Assembly: GCA_973851085.1 (NCBI GenBank)
Contig: OZ316776.1
Location: forward strand, 14,384,001-14,448,000
Reading direction: 5' to 3'
Length of the DNA stretch: 64,000 nucleotides
Source: Ptychomitrium polyphyllum
Lineage: Eukaryota
Shown piece after piece: positions 12,625 through 26,700 of the stretch. Positions within the stretch are counted from its first letter, which is position 1; each line of letters begins with the position of its first letter. The position numbers and the translations under genes are program-made. The notes beneath the pieces were generated by a model. The model saw only the letters and a list, made by a program, of their open reading frames with translations, was not told the origin of the DNA and made no database searches.

Positions 12625-14819
12625 TCAGCCTGTGAGTTCTAGAATGTCTGGCTTCTCCAGAGCCTACGTAACTAAACTTCATGGTCATACGTTGTTGCTA
12701 AAGTCGGGGCTTACTCAATTCCAAGTGCAGCATGGCGTTCCTTCTCCCTAGTGTGTCTCTCTGCTACTCTCACCTGGTGCGACACAGTATTGATATCAGT
12801 TGTTAATTCTGCTTTCGCAAGTTTCTCTTTGAGTAATATATCCATGATGGCTTTCGACTCTTGTTGCAGATTTCTAAATCTCTCGTAATCTTTTGCAAAC
12901 GCCTTCTTGGCTGTAGCTCCCTTGGCCGTCCACTCCTCCGATTCCACTGCCATATCGTCGAGGCTCTTACGTTGCAACTGCATGATAATTCCAGAGTCGT
13001 TTAAGGGTGTTTGATCTTGCTAGGGAACCAGATCAAAGAATGTGCAAGAATATGGACTACTTCATGTTTTGCAATTCATCGATGATAACTCGTGGGATCA
13101 CACAATGTGGGTAAAACTTACTGATACAGAAGTCTCTAGTTCTGGATTTTTGGCTGAGAGCGTCTTGATCTCCTCTTTGAGAGGGGTAGTCTCCTTGTTG
13201 TCGTCAGAAACTTTCTTGCACAGGTTCCCTAGTTGAAAGACACATTTCTGCAACCTTCTAACCTCTAGAGCAAACAACTCTCTCTGGACTGTCACTTCCT
13301 GCAAGTCCACAACGAACTTGTAATTTCATGATTTGCAGTATTACTGATTCATTACCTGATTTGGTTATGCAGAACGAACAATTTACAAAGCTAGTATGGC
13401 ACTTCTAAAATATGGAAGGATACCAACTTGCATGACTCAATACGGTTAAGCGTATTTGGTAGGCGAGTAAATGCAAGTTTCAAGATGCACTATTCAACCG
13501 AATACAGAAACGGCCTGAACACAAACTCAAATGTTCAAGTCTCAAGCTCCAAGAAGCAGGAATATGACTGAATGACATGCTTGACCACCTCAGAAATAAT
13601 CTGTTGTAATTTGTATAGTCTGATCTTTAAATCCGCAGCCTTGGTTAAATTTAAAGGATACATTAAAAGACTGACACAATATAGAACATGATAATCGTTG
13701 CATGTGAAGGTGCCATTGATAATACATGCCCTAGAGCGACACTTCGCAAGTGCAAATCTTGTGTTAAACTCTTTCTGGACTAGGCTTTGTAATTATTCTG
13801 TAAGATGATAGTATGGATTCTTCCTCTTAGCCACGACGGGAAATACTTGCATTGACTCTTACAATTACATGTGGAATGAAGACGTTAACACATCTTGTGA
13901 ATACCATCTGCAACTAATAAACAGAAGATTACTAGAGTTTTCATGAATTGGGTGTCCATGCGAAGGTTTCTCACTTCGGCTGCGTTTGCGCAACAGGTGG
14001 TCTCAAGGTCCATAATCCGAGCTTTGCACCCTACACACCCCGCTCATCTGACAAAAATGAAAAATACGTCATATCTTTGCAAACTGAACATGCAACATGA
14101 AAGGTTTAAGATTGAAACATCCTCAATTCATCACATTACTCGACGTCTTTCCTTCAGAAAATGTAGCCTGACAGCTAGCTCACGTTTTCGCAACCTCTTT
14201 CTACAGACCAAGGTCCAGCAGTAAGGTAATGGAAAGTAGAAAGGAAACCTTTCAGTTTAGACTTCAATTTCGTTAGAGTACCAGTCAGAGCTGCTTCCAA
14301 TCCAGAAGTCTCGAGATATTCAATTTTCTTTCCTAGTCGACTGGCAAAACATACCACGGAGTCATACAATAACAGCATGAGAAGTTTCAGTTAAAAATAC
14401 CCCTGCAAAACATTTGTTACTAGGCATCTGCAACTCTGCACGTTTTAACAGGATACAATCATGTCTTTATCAAAGAACTCCAACCTAAAGGGCAAACGAA
14501 TAATGTGAATAGAAAGAGACCTGTTCTCCTCCTCCATAGCATTGTGATGCTCCTTGTGGGCTTTCAAGTGAAACCTCTGGTCGTAAAATGCTTCCCGCAA
14601 TGCCAAAAGCTCCTCCAACAACGATTCTTTGTCACGGCGGACGCCATAGTACGACACACGTTTCCTCTTCTGGGTTAACGGGAGGTTTGGCAAAGTGGCG
14701 TCTGTAATAGATGCGTACACATCTAATGGTTTAGGAACTTCATTGTCCCAGTCGTTATCACTCGAGAAATCCGACGATGACCGCCTACTCGTCGTTCCGG
14801 GTTCGCATTTCGTTCCCAT
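12625..14819 (-). CDS. Spliced coiled-coil protein, IQCE-like N-terminal region; exons 14819-14521, 14340-14282, 14030-13933, 13298-13122, 13019-12774, 12663-12625 (alternative end: read-through to stop at 12711)
   Basis: GT-AG junctions give one continuous frame: RDKESLLEELLALREAF..MEEENSRLGKKIEYLE..GCKARIMDLETTC..ELFALEVRRLQ. Heptad-rich. Similarity to IQCE is from recall, not a search. Confidence 0.65.
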
Positions 14820-16247
14820 TGTGTCAGGAAGCTAGTAGGAGAAATGCAACACCCACCATTGCTGGAGATCGGAGCTGAGTTTCCACTTGTCTCCCCATCA
14901 TGTCCACTATGAGACCAAAAGCTCCTGCGCAAGCCAAATAAATAAGTACGATGGTGTTGATCGTCACTAGGTTGATACTACACTGATCTAATACTTGTTT
15001 GTTACTCTCAGAGGCTAGCTTCACCGCAATGTGCGTGCATGCTGCACACAAGCTGTGTAGCCCTAATCCTAACAAACACAATCGATTCCAATGATCTGTC
15101 CTAAGCTAAGTGATCGGCATAACAACGACAGCCAAGTTTCATACTGTAGATCACTAATAGATAAATGTTTATCACGGTTAAATCCCACCAATTGCGCATA
15201 CATATAGTATGTGCTTTCGAAATCAGGAGAACGGCACTAGTACGCTCAAGCTACAGACCAGCTCAACAATTTAAGTTCACAGACGCTTGTACCATCGACG
15301 AGGCTACTTCTGATTGCCAGCTAAAATGCAATTGTGCAACAGGAGGCGAGCCATTCTTCACCCTATCTTGAACAAAACAACTCAAAATTAACAGTTGGCA
15401 TGTCTTGATCAGTGCTTCTTACAGTTATAGCTGTCTTGCTTACCGTCTTCTCTGACCCGGACTGAAGATGTTCAAAACAAAGACGCAGCATTCCCTGCAT
15501 TGTGCCTGCTCGTACTCTGCCAACCTAGGCTGGAACAAGACGTTATTGCTCCTCTGTTTCTTAGAGATTCAGCATCTAAAACCAGGCGGAAAATCTCTCC
15601 ACACAAATTTCGGCATATCTGAATCACAAAAAATTCTGTAATTTGAACCTTTTCATGCCCTGTACTGAATACAGAGGATGAACACCGCCCTGTCCTACTG
15701 AACAGTACATAATTGTTTCTCAAGAGAAGATTAGGCAATGTGGTATAAGCACGAAAAGGTGTGCAATGAACCACGTCCCTCTATGTCTGTAGTGACCATT
15801 GAAGAAGTGAAAAGATTTTGATGACCATACAGGTCATCAAAACTCTTCAAAACCTTAGAGCACAACCAACTACGAAAGGAAAGACCCAGACAGATGAGTC
15901 ATAGGAAGAAAAATACACGAGAAGGACTGATGGATTGAAAGGGACTCAAAGCAATATGTTCATTTCGTCGTCTGACTTTAAAGTACAAGTATGTACACAA
16001 TGGCATTCACCCCGCCCTGAATGTGGCTTATCTTCATTCAGAGTGGCATGAAGAAATTCCACTTCTCCGATCCGTGTTACTGCCATCTGCTTCAAAGAGC
16101 TGCTAGGACTGGACAAGTATCGTGCGCATGGTCGGTAAGGCAACAAAACTCTCAAATACTAAGGCTATGTATGAATTGTTCGACTCAAAGTACAATATGA
16201 ACAGACCTAAAAAGAATTCATCAATCTTGGGTGGAAGTCAGATAGAA

Positions 16248-19200
16248 CTACGAAATGGAGTTCCGCCATTTTTGGATGCTGTTCATGAGCGATCTCCCGG
16301 AATTTGATGATTCGTGGTCTTCTTTACTCGGTGTGTCCAGAAACCGGTCGCACTTGCTTGGTTTCTTCCAGGGCGTCGTCCAGGAGCTCGAGTTTCGTCT
16401 GGATCTTGACAACTTCTCCATCTGCCATAACCAGAGTGAGGAAACCAAGTTAGCTAACAGGTCGGAAACTTTCCAAATTGCAAAAGAAAATCCTCATGAG
16501 TTGCATTTGAGTTTGAAAGGGCATTGAGAAAAATGCGGTATCTTAGAAATTCGTACCATTTCCATCATCGCTGTGTGATTCTTCTCCAACTCCGTGTACT
16601 TAATTCTCATCGTCGAAAGCTCCTGTTGCAGTGCTCGTAACTCCACTTGATTTGTCGTCTCCAGTATCGCTTGTTGACATCCTACAGAGTCAGGAGAGTC
16701 GTCTTGCACAGGTGATTTCCGCAATGAGATGCCGGATTCGGCAACGGCACGATCCTCCTGAACCGACTGGCTTATCCCAGTAATGGCGTCCCGTAGCTTC
16801 AGCTGCTCCCCGAATAAAACCTGGACAACGATGCGGAGGGGAAGGCGTTCGTTCTGAGCGGCGTGCATGCACGCTGCGACGGAGAAGCGCTGCCTGTCAA
16901 GAATTCGGCAGAGTTTCTTCTTCTCCAATTCTGTCAAGCCTGGGTGTATCTGAAACACGTCAAAATGAACAGAGTAAGCAAAAGACATTCAGGTGCCAAG
17001 GTCGAAAAGAATTGCAATGCTGTGTAAAATAAAGGTGCAAATCCGACTACAATTTGTGGACGACGAACTAACCTTGAGATAAGTATCAATTGCTCGGTAA
17101 AGGCCATCGTCCGACAATCTCGAAGAAACTGGCACGGCTTCGGCTAGAGACTGAAATTTCGCCAAAGGCAACTGGATGTCTTGCGCAACCTCGGCGAGGT
17201 AAGAATCCATAAGCTTTGCCACAATCTTTGACCTCGCGCTCGGCGTCACCTGCACCTGTTTAGTGGACGACGCGCCTCCGACGAACGAAGACCCGAAAAT
17301 CCTCTTATTAAAAAACTTATTCTTCAGCCCCGCTCCCATCCCTTGCTCCTGTAGCATCAGATTATCCCGCAAACATGTCAAAAACCATCCCTCACATTAA
17401 GTACTTCACTATTTCCAAGCATGTAACAAATGATTTAGCATTCAAAGAATAGACGTAACGAATGATGGCGAAGCTTACGAGTGCCAAGAAATGATCCAAG
17501 AGGCGGTTCACGAGGTCGACGTCGTAGAGGTACTCGCTCGTGTGGGAGAACGACGGAATCAGTAGGTCGCTCAAAGTGGCGTGATCCAGCTGCTGACCAG
17601 CCTTCCTCTCGAGCTCCGCACGACACTCCGGCGAGCAGCTGAACATGTTGGCCGCGCGCAGCATCCGAAAGAGAAAGCTGCACTCGACCAAGTCTTTCTG
17701 CTGCGGCATCAAGGTGACGATCTTCTCGATGATAAACCGGTTCTTGTTCTGCTCCACAATGACTTCTTGCAACCTCGCCGTCTCCTCGGCTGAGACAGCG
17801 AACTCGTGAACAGGGGAAGCGTTGCCTGTGTCCGTAGGCGAGTAGATTCGACTTGAGGGCGAGCTCGGGGAAGACGCCTTAGGTGAATTTTCGGCTATGG
17901 TTTTGAACACTCCAGGCAACCATTTCCGCGCGTAGAGCTCCACTGCACCGCCAATGAGATTAGGTTTCATCAAGTTGTGCACCATAGCGATCATGACTTT
18001 CTCGAAGCAGTGGAGAGTAAGGCTGGAGACTTCTTCGTACCACCAACTTTCCCCTGCATTTGCTGTTGCAGGATATATCTTCACGTTTGGATTATTAGTT
18101 GTTGATCTGGCATTGCGAGGATCGGTACAGGCCTTCCGCGCGATGGATTGACAGCACCTCTGGATGATTTGGAGGTCTTCCGCCCACGGCAAGAGGTGCT
18201 CGCAAGTGGCGAGCACGATAATGGACTCGTTCCATGAATTGAGTACCACGCAGTTGAGGTACGCCTCCGCTTTGCTGCTCACGTTCCCCTCTTCGAGGTT
18301 CTCAGTCATCTCCAGATACTCCGAAAGGCAGCGAAGCCCAGCGACATTGAACGGTGTGAGCTCCACGTCGATGCCGTAGCAGAACTTCGCAGCGAGTGCG
18401 AACGCGTCCGCCCCACCAGGAACCGGCCCGAGGTTGATGCACGCTATCTCGGAGTCGCAGAACTTAGCCGCTAAACGGCTCAGCAACGTACTTCGTGACA
18501 AAATAGGAAACTGTCCACGATGCCATGATGTCTCCGTCAACCCAAGGCTCCAGCAACTATGCACCAAACCAAACCAAACCAACTCTAGCACCTAAACACC
18601 TCATCTGTCGAAGCCAAAACTCTCCCCCACGGAATCCAGCGTTCCAAATCATAGGAAACTAACATTGTCATTGCCTCTACAGACGAAATTTTGAAGACAT
18701 CTTCAAAGGCTAAGATACAAAACACTGGAGCAGGTCGAATATCATTCAAGAAAATCAATAGACCATGCAGACTATGTTCGTGTAAATATCCTTTCGCAAA
18801 CACGATGAATGTAAAAAAGATAAAACGAAGAGCGCTGTCATGTAATAAAGCAATACATACCTTGTGGAGATGAAAGCTAATTTCGTTCACTTCCACAAGC
18901 AAGTCAGTCGGTTTATCGGTCGTAAAGGTCCTGGAAAAAAAGAAAAGGAAAAAACCGTAAGCATCCACTACGCTCTTAAGTTAACCAGGTCCTAAACTAC
19001 AATGCAGCAAACATAAGCCCGCGCTGCTCACGAGGAAGGGAACTCTGGGAGGAGAAGAAACAGGATTATAAAGAACCATAAGCATTTACCGCATCCTCAA
19101 TCCAATCAGACTACACTACAATGCAGCGCCCAACGCTTGCCGTTAACCTGTGTTGCGAACGAAGTGAAATATCTCAAAGAGACGACACGCACCATGTCTT

Positions 19201-19470
19201 GCTGTTGATAGGCTCAAAGCAAGCTGACAACCTCGCCTCCACCTCAAATTCCTGGTTCTTCACCGAGCCGTTGACGAGATGGTTGATAATTCTGTTAACA
19301 CGCTGCTCCTCACAGCTCGTGACGGAGGTCCACTCCGTGGAGTCACACGGCGACAGTACCGTGGTCGGGCTAAGCAGCGTGTCCGGCATCGACGACCTGT
19401 TCTTCCATCGCCGCCTAGAGAAACTGGCCGTCAGCCTCGACGCTTCTCCCCCTCCCATCCATGGCGGCAT
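16248..19470 (-). CDS. NRL: BTB/POZ-NPH3 domain protein (NPH3/RPT2-like family); exons 19470-19193, 18930-18861, 18510-17479, 17348-17073, 16949-16557, 16421-16248
   Basis: [73 protein letters not shown], a coiled coil, and C-terminal WRNSIS; all introns GT-AG and in phase. Confidence 0.95.
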
Positions 19471-20094
19471 CCTTAATGCAGCACTCTCTCCACCTCTCTA
19501 CACCTGCAAATGCTCTCCAACCTGTCAATGTAACTAATTTCTCGCGCTACGCAACACAACCTTCTGTGAGGTCCAGCTGCTTGAATCACCTCCTTCAGCT
19601 GCTGCAGCTCAGCCAGCGTCTCGTGAAGCCAACGAAACCCTCATGCTCTTACTAGTCTACGTGCTCTCTTTCCAATCCGCAGCCTGCGAACTCACTAATG
19701 ACTTGATCGATTCCACGGAACTCAAGTTTCTAACCAGATGCCACTGATTTCGACTTTCCAGATGGAGCTCCACGCTCTCAAAACTTTAACTATTTATGTT
19801 ATTAGTTAGACGTGAGAAGCCACAAGTGCGTACAGTGTGAGGCCGCTTCGAGCCTCCTCGAACTTCACGACGGTACTGGTCATGGGCACAATTTCACGAG
19901 ACTTGTGAAATTATCCAGAGGGGATGGGCTGGGGTCTAGGCTTCGTCTTCTCCAGTGGTGCGAATGACCTATTGGGGACGATGTTCGCAGATGACTGCAC
20001 ACGATGGGCGAGACAAGAGTGGTCAGGAGTTGCAATGATCGGTGACGTATTTCTGGGCCGTCTTTTGCTAAATCCGCCTTTCCAGGGCTTCTTC

Positions 20095-20702
20095 TTATCA
20101 TGAGCATGGCAACTACAGGCCCCACCAGCAGGTGTTTCAAACCTGGGCGAAAGACGACAACAATGACATTAAGTTTCTCGTAATTCCGGGCTCTGTAATG
20201 GCAGTGAAAATGTCGGAGCTTCGGGGGGTTGAATTCTGGAATTGATTCTAGGTTTAACTAAGTCGACTCATCGTGGTGATTGTGGTAATAATTCTGTACT
20301 TCCGAGCAGTAAAGAATGTGAGGCTGGTCTGTGACGTTGGACAGTTGCGGTGATGGCTGAGGGTTCTATAGTAGGACAATCGGACTTCATTCTTGGACAG
20401 GCTTCTTTCCACTGCTAAAGAATGTGATAAACTGTGGATGCGGGAGAGTGTGCTCTGAAGAAGATTCTGGAATATTTGGATGAATGGATCTCTAGTCTAG
20501 ACTCTTCAGGATCGTCCACATGTTGTACGTACATGCTATCCCAACTTGTTGCAAGGGTAGGATATCAATATCATTTATGTTTTCTTCTACATCCATAGTG
20601 CTAGGGAGTAGTGGGAGAAGATGCCTTGTATACAATCACTAAAGATTTGTTATAATTTACCATACAAGAACATATAGCCTGTAGTTGCCATGCTCATGAT
20701 AA
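20095..20702. repeat. 26-bp perfect inverted repeat pair (20095-20120 and 20677-20702); possible MITE with TA target duplication
   Basis: TTATCATGAGCATGGCAACTACAGGC ... GCCTGTAGTTGCCATGCTCATGATAA. Confidence 0.6.
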
Positions 20703-23700
20703 CTATCCTCCAAAAGCACCTTAGTGGACCAAAATAAAAGAATCGAAACTCCGAAAGTACATCCATTCAGAATTTCAAATTGAAAGCGTTGGCCTCATTT
20801 TATCCGTTGTGCAGAATTAGATGTTGGAGTGGACCCTCCCCTACATACACTCACCCTTAAGTAAGAACAATGACCAACAGCAAAACCAAATTTAGTGTTG
20901 AACTAATAACAGAGTGAATCCTATAGGCTCAATTATCAAATCCATCAAATAATCCTATAACCATGATACCTGCATTAAATGGAAAGGCCATTTTATTGGC
21001 CAAATTTTTCCTTTTTCCAACCACATTATGCTGCATACAGCTGATGTGACCAGCTCCGTGGCGGATCAAGAAAGAATCACATTCAGGGCAGCCATTGGTC
21101 GATTTTTCTTTACAGGAACATACGATTGAGAACTTCTCCAGTGCCGGGGAGAGTGATCTCCGTATTTTTCCGAACCTGACGGATTGCCACTTAATATATG
21201 TGCCAGCCTCAAATAATGATGATTATGGTGTAGGTCTGTGCAGCAAGGGTTTTGACAAAGCATTCAATTCTTCATCCTACATTACGAAATCTTCAGGACA
21301 AGTCCTTTGAGTCCGAGGTCCGTTCCAGAATCCAGATCAGGAAGGGTTTACCATCAAAAATGTATACTGTTACATATCCCAGTTTGGGATGAACAGGGAG
21401 GTTCAACTCGTGAGTCATGACGCACCAAACAACTCAAGCTTTGCCTCCCCATCAACTAACAACATCGAGCCAGCTTGCTTGCGGACCTTGTGCAATGTTA
21501 TTCTTTCTGGAACAAATAGAGCAAATTCATGTATATTTATCAAGGGACAAATTCAACTGCTGAGTGCTACAGAGCAGTGTAGGTGTTGAGCTTCCGCCCA
21601 CTTTTAGGTCCGTTAACCTGTTCATGGGACCTGACTGAGTTGTTCTCGGTTTAAAGAAGAAAACACCAAAGAAAAAGGAAAACAATATTAACTAACAAAT
21701 AAATAAATGCAGGAGTTTGATGCACTGTGGGCATGATAAATGTTTAGTCTTGGGAAGGAAATGCCAAAGTCAAACCAAAGATGTTCTCAGTAACAGTACT
21801 GTGATTAATACTTTGGTAACATTAGAATGGGCGCTTTCACATGGGTTTGATTCTTCTTTATTCGAGACTTTTGTGCAGAGTACAGCTACGTCAGGTACAA
21901 CTGTTTTTGGCCACATTAGGTTTTATTTAGCTGTTTATATTTAGAAAGACCACTATCATTTTTCAATTTGAATAAGTCACAGCAGCCAGTGCAGGATCAG
22001 CTGTCTAGTACACCTTTGGCAGGGACTCTGCTCATACTTACTTAACCCTTTGTAGCTCAGCTGATCATATTCTAGTTGCCAAATTGACAAGAATGCTCAT
22101 TGCTCTTTCATTGAATTTGTTTATGGTTTTCAGGCACAAGGCTCAAAGTTTCAACTTTGATATCACATGCATCTAATGCCATAAATTGCACTCAATTCCA
22201 ACCACAATAAGTCCGTCAAAGACACATGTATGAAATGTAATGTTTAAATCAAATATATGCTTCTATATATGATATCTTTGAATATATAAATCAACATTGT
22301 TCTATATCTCATCAATGAAATCACTTCTCCAAAAAAATTGAAGGGAATACATTCTTCATTGAGCACACTAATGAGATGTGAGTTCATTAGTATGGATTTA
22401 CAATGTTCATGGGCATTTACATGTATGCAATTTTGAGCAAGTAATATAATTTAAACTTATGAGATGATTAAAATTCCTAGAAATTTATATGCAATTGACA
22501 TTTATAAGTGCCATATGTTGTTAGTATGCAAACTTCTAAAACTTTACAAATTTTATTTAAAAAAATTTGCAAAAGAATCTATTCATAAACAAATGAACAC
22601 CTCTTCCTTTCTCCTTTCTACTACTTATTTTTTCCTTCAAATAAAGAATATAATATTGGTTATCAAATTGTATAGTTGCATATCACATTTGGATGAATTG
22701 TATGATTGGTTTTTTAGAAAGATCTACCAACATAAAAAAAAACAATGTAAATAAGTTTCTTTTATGTAAAGTACTTACTTCTAAGGATCAAATTAAGGTT
22801 TTGATTTAAATTTTGTTGATCATTTGGTGTTGCACTTAATGAATTGTGTTGTCCAAGACACAAAATTAGCCTAACGGTAATAATGCCATATCTTTATTGG
22901 AATGAAGCCATTTCATTATGAATTCAGCAGTTTAAAATTCATACAATGGTCTAGATTTAATAAAGAACTCTATTTTTGTGAATGTTGTTTTAATAAAATA
23001 AATGTTAGATAAAAAACTTAATAATTATACTACATAAAAATTTTAAGCATTCTAATATATTGTATCATCACTTAAAGTTATAATTATCCATTTTAAAATT
23101 AATGATGATAATGCTTAAAATTTTAAGCCAAATTTTATTATAATAAGGGTATTTTTCTATGAATTTAGCAAACCAAAATTTTCCCAAGAAATGTAGATTT
23201 AGTGAAAGTATTTTTTTTCTCATTCAAATTTACTTTAGCAAAGAAGTCTATGGATGAAGTATGAATAATTATATAAGATTCGGTTAAATTGTTCTTCATA
23301 TTAAGTAGAAAAAGACACGATCCTAAAAGAACCAATCTTATTAATCTCCAAATTAAATAATAATTTTACAATCTAATTATGACCAAATTACCATATTAAT
23401 TAGATAAATCAAATAAATTCAATCATATTGTTCTACAAATTCCAAAGAAAAGAAGAGACAAAGATTAGTGAGCTTCCCAATAAAACTGTAAACCTTTAAA
23501 AACATGGTAAAATTATGAATGTCATCTTAGAATATGTCTTCTTATATATAGAAAAATATAAAGACTATACATTTACAAAATTGTGCAATTATTAGAGTTA
23601 TTTTAAAATTCAACACTTTTTCAATTAAAAAATTATATATGATTCCACTTTGTTCTTTATCTAGTTTATGTTTATGATTGCATTACATATTTTAACGTGA

Positions 23701-26700
23701 TAATATTTCGTCCACTTCTAAGCAAACCACCTAAAATTTACTGCTTGAAAGTACTCTTTCAGCAAACCAAGGGACAAATTTCATATCTTTGGATGAAAAA
23801 GGATTTAGATTTTAATAACTGTGTTGTATATTAGAAGTGATTATGTACTAAAATTATGATACTCCAGTACCTTCAAATCAGGTAGAATTTCTTTTGTTGA
23901 TTTTAGAGACAATGAAAAGATAGATTATGCCTTGGTAAAAAGTAACACATTTGCATGTGTTGTGGCCTGTAATAATTTTCTGAGTTAGTATAGCTCAACC
24001 TAAGCAAATCAGGTATTCTGTTATAAATTCACTATGAAAACACATTTTTAAGAAAGTGAAATGCAACTACTTGCTTACCTTCAAGAGAGTTACCATATTG
24101 CATCGATTTCCAAAGGAACAGTCTATGTTATATTTGGAAATTACGTTTGTTCATGATGCCTTCTAAAACGCCCTCGTCTACAAAATCATATATCGCTATA
24201 TCTCATACTTGAAAGTACTAAGTTTGAGAAACATCATTTTTGTAAACAGCTCAAATTCATTTTTATTCTCATGTCTTATTTTAAGTTTTAATAAGAAATG
24301 CAAGAAAACCCAAATCACACTACAAAGTTGTTCAGTTTTACTATTACGTAGTAATAACCGTCTATAGCCTCAATGATTTAAATTTAACTTCCAAAGGTAG
24401 AAAGAACAAACATCGTTTACAGAAAATATTGGACAAAAAGCATCGCTCCAACATGCAAATCAGAAAGGATGTGATGTAGTTTCAAGGTTAAGTCTGAACA
24501 CTATCAACTTCAAAATGATTTACAGTTGAGCCATCTAGGGGGCTGACCTTTTCTGCCTGACATAAATGTCCGAAAGAACTGTAGCTCCTATCGGCCTACC
24601 TACATTAAAGGCTTCTGTGATGCATTGTATTCCAATTTCCCAGGTTACCGTAGCAAGAATCTAGAAGGCCAGCTGACCTTTTTAGTACTCGACCTTCCGT
24701 GCCTTCAAGCATGTTTACCGGTAACGCCTGTTTGTTGAGGTGTTTGGCTTCATTGACCTTTCAATAACAATACCACATAGAATACCAGCCTTCTCAAATA
24801 CGAGAGAGGCCTCGGCAACTGAGTGTGAATCCAACTCCAGTTTCGTTGCAAGGGAGATTGTTTGAATGTAGAACGGTGTAACGATTGCAGTGCAACGTTT
24901 GCATGTCCCTGAGGATGAACAGCCACTCAGATTGCCTCTTTGTCCATTTCTCAACGTGCTGGTGATCAGTGCACACGTGCACAATCCATCTCTTCAGGTT
25001 GTACCGTCTCAGGCGATGTAATTGTCCAGTACGCTATGTCACTAAGGAAAGGCTCGTATAGATTGGGACAATGGAGCTGGGTAATACAATGCTACACCAA
25101 CATTCATCCTGTTCAGCCCAACGGTGCCTGACAGAGCTGACCATGCCCATTCGTTGGATGAGGGGGGGAGAAATGACACAAAATGGTCCCCTTTTGAATG
25201 ACACCATCCTACGATCTTCACCTTGTAAGAGGCATCTGGAATACCCAAAGCGATCGTCTCGCAGGGGAAAGGCAATAACCGTAAACAGAAAGTGTCCACA
25301 CACACTAGGTGAAGGACGATCTCGATGCAGGTTGCTGCACCTTTCCCATCAGCGATGAGAGCCCTGCACTGCGTTTCTCTCGCTGGCTTGGCAACCCTCG
25401 CTCCCCACAGTCTCTCGCGCTCCCACTTGCTTCCAGAGTTCCCCGCGCTCCCACTGTCGGGTAGCGGCGTTCCTTCCATGATCCCAGTGGATCTGGGAAC
25501 GGGAAACTTCTGCGTCGTTGGATCGGGCCTTTACTTAAAATAGTAGCACATAATATTAAATATTCATTTTCCCCCATGAAGGTTGCAAGGTACATCATGC
25601 AATGGACAATTATCAATTTTCCTCCAGTGTTTAAATTGTGCTTTCAATTGTGTTGATTTATTTACAGTTCTTTATTGATAGTTTACTGATAGTTAGCAGA
25701 CGTCTTGTTATATTCAGAATTTAAAGAATCTTGAATTACTTAAACACTTCGATCAAATAATCTTAACACTAATTTTTATTATATATTTTAATCTCGAATT
25801 TAAATTTCTAAATTTGAATTAAAGAAATCTTTATATTTTTCGAATATGACTTTATTGGAATGAGTTCATAACAAGGTTTCATCAATTATAATATTTGGAT
25901 ATTTTTATGTTACTAAAATCTATGTCTTCTTTTTGGACAGGTCACTTTTGAATCTGAAAATTGCATACTTTATTTGATTAAAGTTTAAGCTTTTTTTCTA
26001 AATGTAATCTAAGTGAAATATGTATTTAAATGTTGAATGGGCCAATAACTTAATGAACAATTTCCTAAACATTTCCAAAAATATTTCAAGGAGACCAAAA
26101 AAAATATTAGTACTAACCTAAAATCATACAAAAAAAGTTTCTAAACAATTATATTATAAAATAATACATTATACAAATAAAAACTTTAATCTTTATAAAT
26201 ACATGTTGAATTACAAATGCAAATCTAAAAATACTTTTAACTGTATAATTACATGTCCATGTTCATTATATATAAGTATTGAATGAAAAGAACATAAAAT
26301 GCAATTTTATTCTCTACAAATAAAAGAATATTATTAAATTTAACACAATTATGGATGTTTTGATTCAAAATAATAGAAAAAAAATATAGATCATAATTCA
26401 AAATGAATTTGATACTTATATAGCACGTATAATTTACTTTTAGATTTTAGTTATTATTTTTTAAATAAAATTTTTAGATTAATTTATCATACCCTTATAT
26501 TTTATTTTTGGTTTTTATAAAAATCACACTAAAATTATTTCGGTCCTTTCTAAAAGCAATTAAAAATAAATAAAAATTGATGTTTTAAAACTTGAATTAA
26601 GTAACTTTATAATCATTTCTTTTAATGAGCAACAACCTTTTACTTTGAATACTGTATAGTCCTATTTGAGTGTAATATCAAACTATCTAAATGAAAACGA

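Noticed and set aside
14184..14200. Possible 17-nt micro-exon (ERGCEN) in the IQCE-like gene
   Set aside because: It has AG/GT ends, but including it breaks the phase with the next exon; unresolved without cDNA.
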